Below are positions 15,057 through 28,388 of a DNA stretch of 64,000 bases, in pieces. Position numbers and translations under genes: made by a program. Position 1 is the first letter of the stretch. Each line of letters opens with the position of its first letter. The notes below the pieces were generated by a model. That model worked only from the letters and a program-made list of their open reading frames with translations. It was not told where the DNA came from and ran no database searches. Source of the DNA: the human T2T-CHM13v2.0 reference genome, Homo sapiens; the NCBI RefSeq assembly GCF_009914755.1, contig NC_060928.1, one strand, 5' to 3'.

Positions 15057-15993
15057 AGTACTTTTTGTTGCAAACAAAGCCATCTATTGGCCCAAACAAC
15101 TTACTGAAAAACTATATTGTTTATCTCTAGGTGTGAAATTCCACCTTTAACTATGTTGAGGATGGTCCAGACTTAAAAATCATTGCCCTCCAAGGTGATT
15201 TGGCTACACTGGGTAAATTCCAGGGATTATTTAAACATAGTCACAGTTAGACTCAGTAATATTGTAGACATCATAATATTTCACTTCTTTTTCCACCTCC
15301 CAGGCTCAACCCCATTTTTACTCCTATTACTCTAAAGAGTGATAAATTGCAGTAATATCTCCCTTTTTAAATTCTCACCCCAAAGTGCCTTAATTATTTT
15401 AGAGTTTAGGGTCTCTTGTTATTGTATCGTGTATTTTTCTCACTTACCTTTTCTGCAGACATGAACTATGCCACTTATGCACATTGTGACAACTTAGAGA
15501 CAAGCATGAGTTTTAGTGACATAGAAGAAACCAGACTAACAGGAAAAGACTTGCCTGCATAGTTGAAAGACTCTCTTTGTTGCCCTGGGCAGCATATATC
15601 TAAATCTATACATTCCTGTTTTTAGAACATGGGAATACAAGGATCGGAAGATATACAAAATCATACCTTACACTGCAGAATGTCTTAAGTTTGATCAGAA
15701 CGTAGCATAGAGTTTTTTATCTGAAATGGTAGAGCGTCTTCTATCTTGGAAGTGAAAACAGTAGTCATTTACCTATAATACAAGAAATGCAATTTATGTT
15801 TTCATTTATATGCTATAAAAAGTTATATGACTGTTTTATTCTCATTATCTCTTGTTCCCTCTCTTCTTCTCTCCCTCCCCCGATTTTTCTATATGTAGAG
15901 TTTGATAGGTGATACAAGTAATAGAAAGAATTTACCACCCTTTCAAGAATATTATCTTTAACATATTTCAATATGTCTAATTTTAGTTTGGGG

Positions 15994-16000
<7 letters not shown>

Positions 16001-16031
<31 letters not shown>

Positions 16032-16329
16032 CTTTTTTCGAAACAGAGTCACTCTGTTGCCCAGGCTGGAGTGCAATGGCATGGTCTTCGCTCACAGCAG
16101 CCTCCACCCCCTGTTCCCCGCTCCCTTCAAGTGATTCTCCTGCCTCAGCCTCCCGAGTAGCTGGGATTACAGGCACGCACCACCACACCCAGCTAATTTT
16201 TGTATTTTTAGTAGAAACTAAATTTCACAATGTTGGCCAAGCTGGTCTTGAACTCCGGACCACAAGTGATCCACCCGCCTTGGCCTCTCAAAGTGCTGGG
16301 ATTACAGCTGTGAGCCGTTGCACCAGGCC
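16001..16329 (-). mobile_element. AluS with (TA)n at tail
   Basis: Alu reverse complement; TSD tagttt(g/a)gggataa. Confidence 0.9.
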
Positions 16330-16378
16330 TAGTTTAGGGATAACACTGAGATGCAAAATAATTTAAGCAACCAAAATG

Positions 16379-16379
<1 letters not shown>

Positions 16380-16451
<72 letters not shown>

Positions 16452-16716
16452 AGACAGAGGCTCTGTCGCCCAGGCTGGAGTGCAGTGGCGCGATCTGGGC
16501 TCACTGCAAGCTCCGCCTCCCGGGTTCACGCCATTCTCCTGCCTCAGCCCCTCCGAGTAGCTGGGACTACAGGCGCCCGCTACCACGCCCGGCCAATTTT
16601 TTGTATTTTTAGTAGAGACGGGGTTTCACCAGGGTCTCGATCTCCTGACCTCGTGATCCACCCGCCTCGGCCTCCCAAAGTGCTGGAATTACAAGCGTGA
16701 GCCACCGCGCCCGGCC
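16380..16716 (-). mobile_element. AluY with long T tract and (TA)n
   Basis: CpG-rich; Y diagnostics gcaagctccgcctcccgggttcacgccattc; short internal deletion near 16630. Confidence 0.92.
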
Positions 16717-17903
16717 TCCAAATGTAATATATATTATGATATGATATGATATATATTCAGAAGAAGAAGCCTATAAAGATCCAGTCTACATAAATAACTT
16801 TGGAGAGTCCTGTGGAGAGCACTTCAAAGAGATAGCCAATAATTCCCTACAACAACTAAAATTGAGCTGTGCTACTTCAATAGGGATAGACAGACTATGC
16901 ATATTAAAACCCAATGAACAGAGAAAACAGATAATAGTTTTGAATGTAAGCATCAATCAAAATTCATAAAAGAGGAAGTTTTGATTTTAAGCATTGGTTA
17001 TAAATTGAGCTGCTTCTTTCAAGGACAACTCTATGTAGTATAATAGTAGAATATGAGGTAATAGGGCTTGATTCATTATTCAGGATGGTTGAAAAATCTA
17101 CTATGGAACACTGGAGAGGGAAGCTGACTATATGTAATACTTTATTTTAATATATTACAAATCTGGTATTTTAATGAGGAAGATATTTAAAAAATAAATA
17201 TAAAAAAATTAAATGGTTTGTCCACAATTTGAAAAGGTTTATGACATTAAAAATCTGAATATTTTAAATTAAAATAATTAATTGAAAAAATATTAGCCTC
17301 AGTATTGACAGAAACAATATCTATGTCATAAAAGAGTTCATACAAAGTGATTAGCTTAATACCGTCTTAAAAAATAACAGACTATTTGATTTATTTAACA
17401 AAAAGTTAATAATGAGATTAATAATGTTCAGTTTCAATAGTAATTAAAATATAGTTTAAAATAAGATACTTTTATTCCTATTAACATAGCAAATATTTCA
17501 GAAAAATAAAATGACTAATAATGAGGTTAATATGAAATTGTTATATTTACTGACGTCAGTATAGACTGCTCAAACCATCTGTGAAGTTATTAGGCAGTAA
17601 ATATAAATAGTTACACAGGATCCTCTCCCTTTGATTTTCTAATATGGGAATTATATAAATTCTTGTGAAAAATGTCAAAGAAGAAAAAATATATACATTA
17701 TTATTTCATAGGATGGGGAAGGAAAATTATAAATGGCCAATAATAGAGAATTGCTTAAATAAATTGTGATGCAGAAACTCAATGGAATATTATGCTGCCA
17801 TTTGTAGGAAATATTTGGGATACATGAAGCACAGTGGTGTTTGGCTGGGTATGATGGCTCATGCCTGTAATATTTGGATACATGAAGGACAACAGAGGTG
17901 TTT

Positions 17904-18216
17904 GGCTGGGTGTGGTGGCTCATGCCTGTAATCCTAGCACTTTGGAAGGCTGAAGATGGCAGAACACTTGAGGCCAGAAGTTCAGACCTCTCTCACCAAC
18001 ATGGCAAAACCCCAGCTTTACTAAAAATACAAAAAATTAGCTGGTCGTGGTGGTGCTTGCATGTAGTCCCAGCTACTCGGGAAGCTGAGGCATGAGGGTT
18101 GCTTGAACCTGGGAGGAGGAGGTTGCTGCAGTGAGCCGAGATCGTGCCTCTGTACTCCAGCCTAGGTGACAAAGCAAGACTCTGTCTCCAAAAAAAAAAA
18201 AAAAAAAAAAAAAAAA
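17904..18216 (+). mobile_element. Alu (J/S), 5' junction tandemly duplicated
   Basis: Dimeric Alu with long A tail. Confidence 0.9.
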
Positions 18217-18261
18217 GTGGGGTGTTTCTCAATAACTAAGTTTTAAGAAAAATCATATATA

Positions 18262-18296
<35 letters not shown>

Positions 18297-20650
18297 AAGA
18301 GGGAGGCAGTAAAATCAAAGCATACTGGTGGATTAAGGTAGAAAAGAGAGAATGGCTCCCAAGCACAAAGTATAAAACTGTAACCAGAATGAATTTACTG
18401 GCACATTCAGTGAAAGAATGTGTCAATTAAGGACAAGGTTGCCAAACAGTGGAAACAACAACAACAAAAAAGAAGTCTTTAAGACAAAACAGGTGTGCCC
18501 ATCCAGCACTGACTAGGACTTTATCTTGCTTTGAAGTGCTTGAAGATATTATGGGAATAGGCATTCAAATTATATTAGAGACTCCTTTTGTTTGGAGGCC
18601 AAATTGATCAGCCAACCTCCTTATTATTAGACATCCATGTGGCTTGCCTAGAGGGAGAAAATGTGATAGGTCAAAGCAAACACAGGGAGGTAAGCTTGAT
18701 GGGCATACTTATCAATGTAAATTTATAAATTGCTGTTTTAGTTTCATCGTTTTTCAGTCTCTTTGAGGCTTGCTAAAATTGATATCCATGAGTTCTATCA
18801 ATTCTGGGACAGAGAACAAATTGTGTTCTGTAAGGATGGAGGGACAGCGAGGAATTTGCCAAGGTAAGTGGCACCTTGTGTATGGCACCTGGCCTTCCGC
18901 AGGTGATACACTTTCTCATTTATAGTCTCTGAATGTCTGTACATTGAGATGTTAATTATGCATCCATGCGGCAAGTAGAAAAGCATTTTTGGTATAATTT
19001 TAGTGAAAAAGCTAAAGCATAACATTTTGTCTATTATGAAAGCAATAATTTCAACTACGCATGAATATGGGCACAATAATAAGGAAACAAGGGAAAAGAA
19101 ATAGTGATTGAGTTAGTGATGGGCATGCCAATCATATTTCTTTTTCTTTACTGCCATTTTGTTTGTTTACTTCATAAAAATCAGAAGAATAAAGGCAAAT
19201 TCAGTGTTATATGGATATAAAATTTTATAATAATGATATTTAATAATATAAATTAATACAAATAATAGCATATTTGTAATAATAATTGAATGATAAAATA
19301 GACATTAAGCAATAGTAATTTTGGAAGTATTTCATCTCTAATTGGCCCATGAATCTGTTATGGCTAGTACATGGTAGCTGAGAAAACTCATTTAAAATGA
19401 AGATGCAATAGCCACATAACTATATATCTCATGCCCAAAAGAGTATTTTCTGGACCCGTGGCTTTCCAATTCTTGGACAAGTGAAATCGTATTGAGCATT
19501 GAGTCATCTTCTAAACATATTGAAGACTTCAAATAATCTCTGTTAAGTTACTTTGTAATAAATCAACAAATACAATGGCCATCTATGTTTTCAATTTTCT
19601 TTCTAACAAGCAGACCAATCTATTGACTTACTGTTTTTCTGTTTCTTTTTACTAAACTATTAGAGTAACTTAAAAAACCCTTTTTCCCCTTGCATCTCCT
19701 AGCAACCAAATTCAAATTTATAAGAAATAAATTTCTTATGGAGGCGCTTATAATTAAGAGGCTTAACACATTATGATTTCCACCTAAACCCTTGGTGGTT
19801 AAAGGTTTTTATAGAGTATCATGATATATGATTTAAATGTAAAAAAGGAATTTTTTGTTTAGGACTACCAGTGTTGGACTTGTAGTACAAAAGAAAGTCA
19901 AATGTGAGTATTACCCAAATAAAGATTCGAGATTTAAATTTTAACCTTAAGTATTTAAGTAATTTCACTCAAATAGTGATTTAATATAAGCAGAAGCGTT
20001 ATCACTGCGATTCTCTGCTCTCCTTTGTGTGTTCCATCTTTTCTTCTAATCTCTCTTGTCTTTTCACCATACTGAGTCAGTTTAGTGCTAGTCTGCACCT
20101 CCCTCTAGAGTATGAAAATAGCAGTCACTTTTCACATTTTGAGGCAGAAATACTCTTCCTCAGAGGAACTTGATTAGTGCCTCCACAGTTCTGCTTTTCA
20201 GGGTTCAGCACCAAATTCTATTTTTGTCAGCAGTCCTCTTTGTCCTACCGGCTGGCATGGAAGCTGAAGAAGCCACTGAATCTGAGTCAGGCTCTGCTTG
20301 ACACATTTAGAACAATTTCTCTGAGATAACAGTAAACAACAGAGAATTGTGACCTAGGAAGTTAAAATAAACTGAAGCAGCTCTCTAGAAAAGTGAGGAG
20401 ACAGTAAATAAGGCATGAAATAAGGAATGAATGTTGCTAATTGTGTCTATGGGTACATCATATCTCCAGTCAACCTTCAAAACACTTTGAACTCAAATAA
20501 GCTGTAACATTTGGTTAGTTTCTATGCTCCTCATTCATAACATGCAAAAATGTGAATTCAGAATTAGTGAAGATTGTCTGCTTTTTGCTTGTTTCTAGAA
20601 ACATTTTATTGTGCAGTGAGTTTTACCTCAAAGCTCTGGGATTTATTTGC

Positions 20651-20654
<4 letters not shown>

Positions 20655-20699
<45 letters not shown>
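20655..20699. repeat. (TA)n microsatellite
   Basis: About 22 uninterrupted units. Confidence 0.98.
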
Positions 20700-20704
<5 letters not shown>

Positions 20705-21454
20705 GTGTATAGCATAGGCCAACATAAATAGACAGAGATAGACCAAATCTCAAGAGATTAAAGAAGATATGTAGGACAAAACACTCTTAAATATACCAAC
20801 CTCCCACCTCCATTCTCAAATACATGCACGTCCTTGGTTGTCTTTCCTTTACCCCTACTTTTTTGGGAATACATGTAAAGAAAACAAAAAGAAAGAAAAA
20901 TATAAACCTGTTGTAAAACACAAATAGGTATCAAAGGAAGAGCTGAGTTTAAAAATACAGAGATTGCTACCGATAAAATGCATAATTTTGGATACCAGTG
21001 GTTTCACCTACCAAGTTGATGGAAAAAAAATGCATTTTGCAATAAGTTAAGGAAATACATTTGAGGAGCCTTATACAAAAACCGTTTCCACTGTCTCTAA
21101 ACAGTTTTTAAATGATTCATGTTAAAATACTTCACATATGCTCTGACTCATATAGATAGTCTTGAGCTAACATTCTTTTATCAGCTGGATGTTAATGCAA
21201 AGTTAGATTATATTAACTTTTATTTTAAGCATCACATTATATTTTAGTTCTTTGTGAGCCTGGAATCCACTAAAATCTGCCAATCTTTGTCACATAATCG
21301 TTATCCTATAACTCTGAGATTGAATTTTTGAACCTAAGAATGGAACTTTTTATTAATGACTGCCAAGTTTTATCTCATTTACTTCACTTCTTTATTCTAG
21401 TCAGTTGAGGCAATCATTTTGAATCTTGGCTGTCATTGGTCATATTATTTACTG

Positions 21455-21663
21455 CAGGAATTATAAAACTTTCTCTGTAAAAAGCTAGTAAATATGTTAG
21501 GCTTTGTGGGCTATGGATCTTTTTTATATAGTATTCCTTTTCTTTTATTAAATAAAATACAAACAATTCTTTTAGTTGTAAAAACCATTCTTAGCTCAAG
21601 GGCCATACAATGACAAGCCTCAGACCAGATCTGGCCCACAGGTTGTAATTTGCCAACCTCTGG
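21455..21663 (+). mobile_element. MER58-family hAT-Charlie element
   Basis: gtaaatatgttaggctttgtgggc...ctggcccacaggttgtaatttgccaacctctg. Confidence 0.75.
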
Positions 21664-21668
21664 TGAAC

Positions 21669-22208
21669 TGTATTAGTTATCTGTTGCTGTGTAACAAATA
21701 GCCCTACCATTTAGTGGCTTAAAATACAAAATATTTTATCTAAATTGTGGTTCTGGAATCCACGGCATTGATTTGTCTGGGTACCTCTGCCTTGAGTTCT
21801 TTCCCAGGATATAATAAAGCAGTTGGCTTGGGCTGCAGTCTCATCAGAAGACTTGACTGAAATAGAATCTGCTTCTGAGTTTCTCATGTAGTTATTGGCA
21901 GGATACAGTCCCTAACGGACTGTTGGCCAGAGGTCCCCCCTTGCTTCCTTGCCAGGTGGGCAGTTCACAACTTGGTAACTAGATTACATCACAGTTGGTC
22001 AGCAAGAGGAAGAAAAAAGAACTTGCAAGATGGAAGCCACAGACTTTTTGTAACCTAATTTCAGAAGTGACGCCCATCACTCATGCTGCATTATATTGAT
22101 TAGAAGTGAGTTCCTAGGTGCAGTTCACACACAAGGGGAGGGGATTTCACAAAGGTGTGAATACTGGAATGGCAAGAATGACTGGAGCCATCTTAAAGGC
22201 TGCCTACA
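21669..22208 (-). mobile_element. MaLR LTR (MLT1F-like)
   Basis: tgtattagttatctgttgctgtgtaacaaa...ggagccatcttaaaggctgcctaca. Confidence 0.8.
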
Positions 22209-23009
22209 AAACCTATCCACCCAAAATATTATACAACTTAGAAGAAACAAGTTTTCAATTTGTCCAAGTTTTTGATAAAAACATCCAAGAAGGGGTGTTC
22301 ATGACTGACTTTTGTGGCATGCTTTTTTTCCCCCAAGATTGATTCCAGTCCATTAATACTATGAATATTGCTGATTGCCTAACTGCAAATTCTCAGTGGT
22401 GCTATCATAAACATTTTGTCATCATATCCTTGGAAATCTTAAGAGACATTTTTGTCAAATTCATTTTAACAATCATGCTGTTTCTGCTTCACTGGACAGG
22501 TGAAATTAAGTTAAACTGAGTCTCAAGGACTGTCTTGAAGAATAAAATAAGTCATAGCAGTACTATAGCTCAAATAATGTCATAAATAGAGAGAACCAGT
22601 TTTATCTGCCTTGTCTCCATGACAGGAAGTTTTAAGACTGTTTGCATCCTATATGAGCCTCAATTTTTTTAACCAACTGGTAAAGCTGCCTTTTCCTCCA
22701 CTTCCATATATGCTTTTATAGAAAGATGTATATTTTCTTAAGAGATCAAATCAGGGATGAATTGGACTTTACAAATATTGTAACAGTAAATCGCAATCAT
22801 AATTTGATTCAAGGATCTTTCAAAATTAGAGAATACCAGTTATTGATAGCTGCTATCTAGATAGCAACAATATACCATTACAATGTTTCTACTACTTCAA
22901 AAAAAAAAGTATAGTGCTCTAACCCAAACTGCCAACAAAAGTACTGTCATTTTAAATGCTGTGTCACTCAAACTTCAATCTAACAACCTACGTTTTGCAA
23001 CTCTTTCCC

Positions 23010-23225
23010 CCTTAAGCAATATAATTATTACTACCCATTGGGTGTATAATATGAGTGACATGCTGCACTAAACAACTGTATTACGATCTTCTCGTTAATT
23101 CTTCTTAACAACTCTGGCAGGTAGGTACTATTATTATGTGCATTTTACAGAGATTAAGCAACTTGCCTGTGGTCATCCAGCTAGTAAATGATGAAGCAAA
23201 AGTTTGAAGCCTAGTAGCCTAAATT
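23010..23225 (-). mobile_element. MIR
   Basis: aggtaggtactattatt...ttttacagagattaagcaacttgcctgtggtcatccagctagtaa. Confidence 0.7.
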
Positions 23226-23352
23226 GAGCCCTTTCTTTTCAAGCAGAGACACAAATGTAATATTTGTTTATTTAAGAACTGCTAAGGAAACTTTTCCTAG
23301 GAAACATGGTTGAATGATTCACATAAAGTATAGTTAATTTTTTTTCAGTTTG

Positions 23353-23371
23353 AAGCCACTAGATGGCAATA
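23353..23371 (+). promoter_or_regulatory. Candidate CTCF site
   Basis: gCCACTAGATGGCAat matches the CTCF core CCAC(C/T)AG(A/G)(G/T)GGC(A/G). Confidence 0.55.
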
Positions 23372-24024
23372 TTTGCAAATTTTGTTTTTCTTTTTACTTA
23401 AGGTGGAAAAGTAACTCCACAGTATTAGTGACTAGTTTTCTGTGAAGAAATTATTTATCTTTGATTTGCCAAATATAACTGTTATTTGTAGGAAGATTTT
23501 TCAGTGACATGATGTAATGTGACCATAGCAGTTTCAAGTGGGACAAAAATTGGAGTGTTATCTGCTATTTCATTTAATTTTTGTTTTACTTTAGTTTGAG
23601 GTTGAAGGGAAGTTCCTAGAAACTTAAAATTTCTTCCTGGAGGTCCTCCCTCATGCTACAACACTGCCATGAAGTCCTGTTTGTTTAATATCAAACATGA
23701 CAAACACTTACTTTTCAGAAAAATAGTGTGCTATAACAAGCTTTAGTGACTTTAAAAACATAATTTGTATTGCCTGGAATGTACCCCTCCTCTTTTACAT
23801 CATACATTCCTGTGTATCTTTTAAATCCTAACTTACATATGTATCTTTTTCCTCTGTGATGTCCCTTCCACAAGCACAGGCAGATTCTTCTAACAGTACC
23901 ACCTCAGTCCCATACCATTTGAGGCTTTGATACATTATACATGTCCTAATGATATACATTTGTGTTTATCTTCACTCTCCTTTGGGAGCACTTCAAAGGC
24001 AGTCTTTTAAAAATTCATATATGG

Positions 24025-24327
24025 AGCCGGCCGCGGTGGCTCATGCCTGTAATCCTAGCACTTTGGGAGGCCGAGGCGGGCGGATCACGAGGTCAGGAGA
24101 TCGAGACCATCCTAGCTAACACGGTGAAACCCCGTCTCTACTAAAAATAAATTCAAAAAAAATTAACCGGGTGTGGTGGAGGGCGCCTGTAGTCCCAGCT
24201 ACTCAGGAGGCTGAGGCAGGGGGATGGCATGGACCCAGGAGGTGGAGCTTGCAGTGAGCTGAGATTGCACCACTGCACTCCAGCCTGGGCAACAGAGCGA
24301 GACTTCGCCTCAGAAAAAAAAAAAAAA
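24025..24327 (+). mobile_element. AluY
   Basis: gatcacgaggtcaggagatcgagaccatcc...aacacggtgaaaccccg. Confidence 0.92.
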
Positions 24328-24644
24328 TCATATATAAAACTCTCAGTTTCTCAATACCTAAATAAAAAAAATCATATTAGCATATCACAAGCTATTTATC
24401 TAATCCTCTACCGATGACATTTGATTTCTTTTCACATGTTTGCTTTTACATACAATGCTTCAAAAAAGTCTTTGTTTTTGTCTTGCACGTGTGTGAGAAT
24501 TGCATTAGAAATTCTAGAGATCAAATTTATGCATAATAGGGTACATATGGTGCACACAATTTTAATCACACTTGACATTTGTCATTCATTTTGGCTGCTC
24601 GTCAACTAATATGCCTATGTTTTGGGAACTTTCCATTTTATGAG

Positions 24645-25123
24645 TATGGTGGGAGGCCGACCCTGTTTTCCACTATAAACACTGAAAATGCCAAATACTT
24701 GCTTCGTGAGCTTCCTTTGCACCTAGGATGTGGGCACATGGTCTTGTTTCTCTGCTTGAAATTGAGAGCCAATGCATCAGAAGAGAGGACTCTGCACAGC
24801 TGTGTTGATTGTTGCAGCAGGACTAAACTTTGTATCAGTAATGGAAGCTATGCTATTAGTGGCATTTAGTACACAGAGCCAGTTCTGTGTGCAGTGCAGG
24901 TTGCAACAACTTTTGTTTGGTGAAGGCCACAGTGGGGTTCTCATTAGATCATTTCTATGGTGTGATTTTGAGCATAGTTTTTGGTGCAAAGCCCTGTCCC
25001 TAATTGTCTAGGATTCCTAATGATTCTATGAACTACCCCCAAATCCTTGTAATAATGTCCTATTCTGCTTCATCAGTTGAACTTGGTTATTTTTTGTTTC
25101 TAGCTAAAAATCCTGACTCTTAT
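24645..25123 (+). mobile_element. ERVL-class 5' LTR (LTR16/LTR41-like)
   Basis: cctttgcacctaggatgtgggcacatg motif; followed directly by PBS-like ttggtatcaggaatggg. Confidence 0.6.
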
Positions 25124-26128
25124 AAATTGGTATCAGGAATGGGCTGGAGGTGTTGTTTCTAAAGACGCTGAACAGCTAAATAAAAAAGGAATGACATTCT
25201 CAAAATTCTAATTTAGGGCATAGATTGAAAACCAGCTAAAAGAATATCTCCTTTCTTGCAGCCACAGGGTTGAGATAGTCAAAGATCAAATTCAAAGTTT
25301 AATTATATAGGTTTCCAAATTCCAAACTCAGCTGAATTCACAGTCTTGTGTAGTATGTGAAAGTAAGAGTTTGATAATGAAAGAGTAGTGTCCCCCCAAA
25401 CTAAAATGGGATACATGAAAGGATTTAATTTGATTGACTCAGAAAATACTGATTCCTCTTCATAGAGACTCCCTTGCCTCCAGGAGCGCTTACCTTCATT
25501 TGACTCATGAGATTGTTCTTACCTTGCTTTACAACCCTGTCACAACTTTACGTAAGGAAGTCATATTGCAGGAGGAAGCCAGTCCTCTTCTTGCTCTACT
25601 CTTAACACTTATTATGTCTAGACCAATAATGAAAACCAGATCCTCAGCTTGAACTTGTATTAGGGGAGTGATATTATAGCATAACCCCCAGGATGATAAA
25701 GCTTGTACTTTAAAATAGTTTAAGAAAAATATTATTTTAGTTCAGTGATGAAAAGAAGATTTGGTTAATGTATACATATAAATAAGGGAGGAATGTATTT
25801 TAAGACGTAACTGAAGTTACCAGTATGGGTAACCTTGTCAGAAATTAGTCTTTTAATATCCTAGCTTAAACATATGGGAGTAGTTTTAATTGTTTTCTTG
25901 TTTGGTTGACTGAAATCCAGACCATAGCTCATATGAACAGAAATGGACCTGCTCTAGAGAAGAAAAGATATTAATACAAGAGTTAAAAGACTTGGGTAGA
26001 AATCTTAAGGTAGAAGTAGTGGATTAATTTGTTGTTTGCATTCTGCTCTCCTCACTCCTAATAAAATCCCTCAAGAGGGTTCAAGAGATAACCTCTTCAC
26101 CAAATCTGTTAGAAATAGATTAGACAGT

Positions 26129-26268
26129 AGTCTGGGTGCAGTGGCCCACTTCTGTAATCCCAGCACTTTAGGAGGCCAAAGCAGCAGGATCACTTGAGGC
26201 CAAGAGCTTGAGGTCAGTTTGGACAATATAGTAAAACCTTGTTTCTGTTTTAAAAAACAAACAAACAA
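26129..26268 (+). mobile_element. FLAM / Alu left monomer
   Basis: Single left arm with A-rich tail. Confidence 0.8.
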
Positions 26269-26337
26269 TTTGAGAGTCTTTCTGAGCTACCTGTGGCTCA
26301 GGTAGCTGCCCAATAAGCAACAACAAGAAATACATTA

Positions 26338-26664
26338 CATGGGCATTGTGGCTCATACCTATAATCCCAGCACTTTGGGAGGCCGAAGCAGGAGGATTGC
26401 TTGAGGCCAGGAGTTTGAGACCAGCCTAGGCAACATAGCAAGTCCCCCATCTCTATGAAAAATATAAAATTAGCTGGGCATGGTGGCTTGTACCTGTGGT
26501 CTCAGCTACTTGAGAAGCTGAGGCAGGAGGATCACTTGAGCCCAGGAGGTTGAGGTTGCAGTGAGCCAAGATTGTGACATTGCCTTCCAGCTTAGGCAAC
26601 AAAACAAGACACTGTCTCAAAAAAAAGAAAAAAAAAGAAAAAAGAAAAAAAAAAGAAAGAAAAA
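26338..26664 (+). mobile_element. AluJ
   Basis: ggaggattgcttgaggccaggag; A/G-rich tail. Confidence 0.9.
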
Positions 26665-27619
26665 GTAGAAAACAAATGAATTAGGAATGCCTCTTGAGGG
26701 CACCCTTAATTTCAGTGAGAATGTGAAGATCCTAGGTTGACAGAAATTAGAGTACTTAATTACTAAGGCAAATTGGCGTGATTACCATAATTATAGACCA
26801 TAAATTCCTGACCATTAGTCTGGATAACTACTTGATCTGAGCTGATCATGATGAACCACATGTTATCCATTAAAGTACCAAGTTAGTCATGCCTAGTAGC
26901 AGTCCACTATAAAAAGGAAGTAATATATGTGGAACTGAGCCGGAGAATATCTAGAGGCACAAGAAGGATACATGTGTTTATGATTCATATTCTGAGTGTG
27001 CTACTTCTGCTTCGTTGTCATTTTTCTCTCAACTTCATTTATGACCTCATGGCAAGTTACCTATGACCTAAATCTCTGACCTTGGTTAACAGATGAGTCA
27101 ACATAATTTGCTGGCACTAGGTGAAAGTAGACTACCACCTCCCTACAAATCTAATCAGGGTTAGCTCTTAAGGACCATGAAAAATGAATTCCTCTTGATA
27201 GGTAGAATTTTGAGTATCCCAGGTAATTTTCCAGTTATGAAAACCATAGCCTGAATCAAGAATCTATGCCCATTTATGGTGACTGGCTAGTGGAACTAGA
27301 AGGAGGAAGATTAGAGTCTTAGAAACAAGGAGTTTGAAAAGTAAAATACAAGGATAGATGTCTTCCTATGGATCCAGAATATGAGAATATTGTCCCAAAT
27401 GAAAGCGTGTCAAAAAGTCTTTACCATGGAAGAAGCTCTTAATAATCAAAGAGGCTGGCAGTTAGCCTCTATCTATGACCATACCATTGCTTTCTTAATA
27501 GGCTCATTAAAAAATACCAATCTTGCAGGGATGGAGGCCATGCATGGACTCAACAACATCAATTTTTACTCCTGAAGGCTTGCCAACAGCAGGAACTTAT
27601 CCTCAATCTTTTATGTGAC

Positions 27620-28388
27620 ATCTCCATTCGTTTTCTATTGCTGCATAAAAATTATCACAAAATTAGCCATTGGTAACAAAACGCATTTATTACTTCACAG
27701 TTTCCACGTATCACAAGTCTGGACATGGCTTAGCTGAGTTCTTTGCACAGGTTCTCGGAAGACTGTAATCAAGGTGCTGGCCATACTGGCATTCTTGTCT
27801 GGAGGCTTCATTAGGGGAGAGTCCAATTCTAAGTTAATTCATAGTTTTTGGCTATATGATTGAAGGCCCTGACTTTTTGCTAGCTTTTGTCTGGAGGCTG
27901 CCCACAGCCCCTTGACACATAGTCTTTTAGTACATGGCCACTTACTTCATCAAACATACAAGCCAAGCTGGCTTTATGGGCACACATCCTATGCTGTCAC
28001 ATATCCCTGTGCTTAGAAGGCCCCACACTTGGTTTAAGGCTCTTTTGTAGCTGTTTTGAAATTCTTAGTAATTTTTGAAAAAAGGAGCCCCAGGTTTTGC
28101 TTTTGCAGTGGGCCCCACAAATTATGTAGCTAGTGCAATCTGCAAGGAGAGTTTCTAGCTCCAGTCTGCTAAGATGGAGACTTTGGTAACATAATCTAAT
28201 CACAAGAATTACATCCATCATCTTTGCCATATAATGTAATCATAAGAGTGATATCACCTTTGCTACTGTCTACTGGTTAGAAGCACGTCATAGGTCCCTA
28301 CCATACTCAAGGGAAGGGGACTATAGGAGGACGTAAATACGAGGAGGTGAGAATTGCAAGGGCCACTCGTAGGTCTTTCTGCCACAGT
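27620..28388 (-). mobile_element. MaLR MLT1-type LTR with nested MER91-like hAT element (~27962-28135)
   Basis: ttttctattgctgcataaaaattatcacaa; nested agaaggccccacacttggttta...gggccccacaaattatgtagc. Confidence 0.7.

Noticed and set aside
15440-15560. Minus-strand donor AG|GTAAGT and plus-strand acceptor near 15447-15459
   Set aside because: Ambiguous strand and no other support; insufficient to call an exon
18265-18294. T30 tract as the tail of a processed pseudogene
   Set aside because: No TSD, poly(A) signal or recognisable mRNA adjacent
20204-20222. REST/RE1 site (ttcagcacca)
   Set aside because: Only the left half-site; no GGACAG half follows
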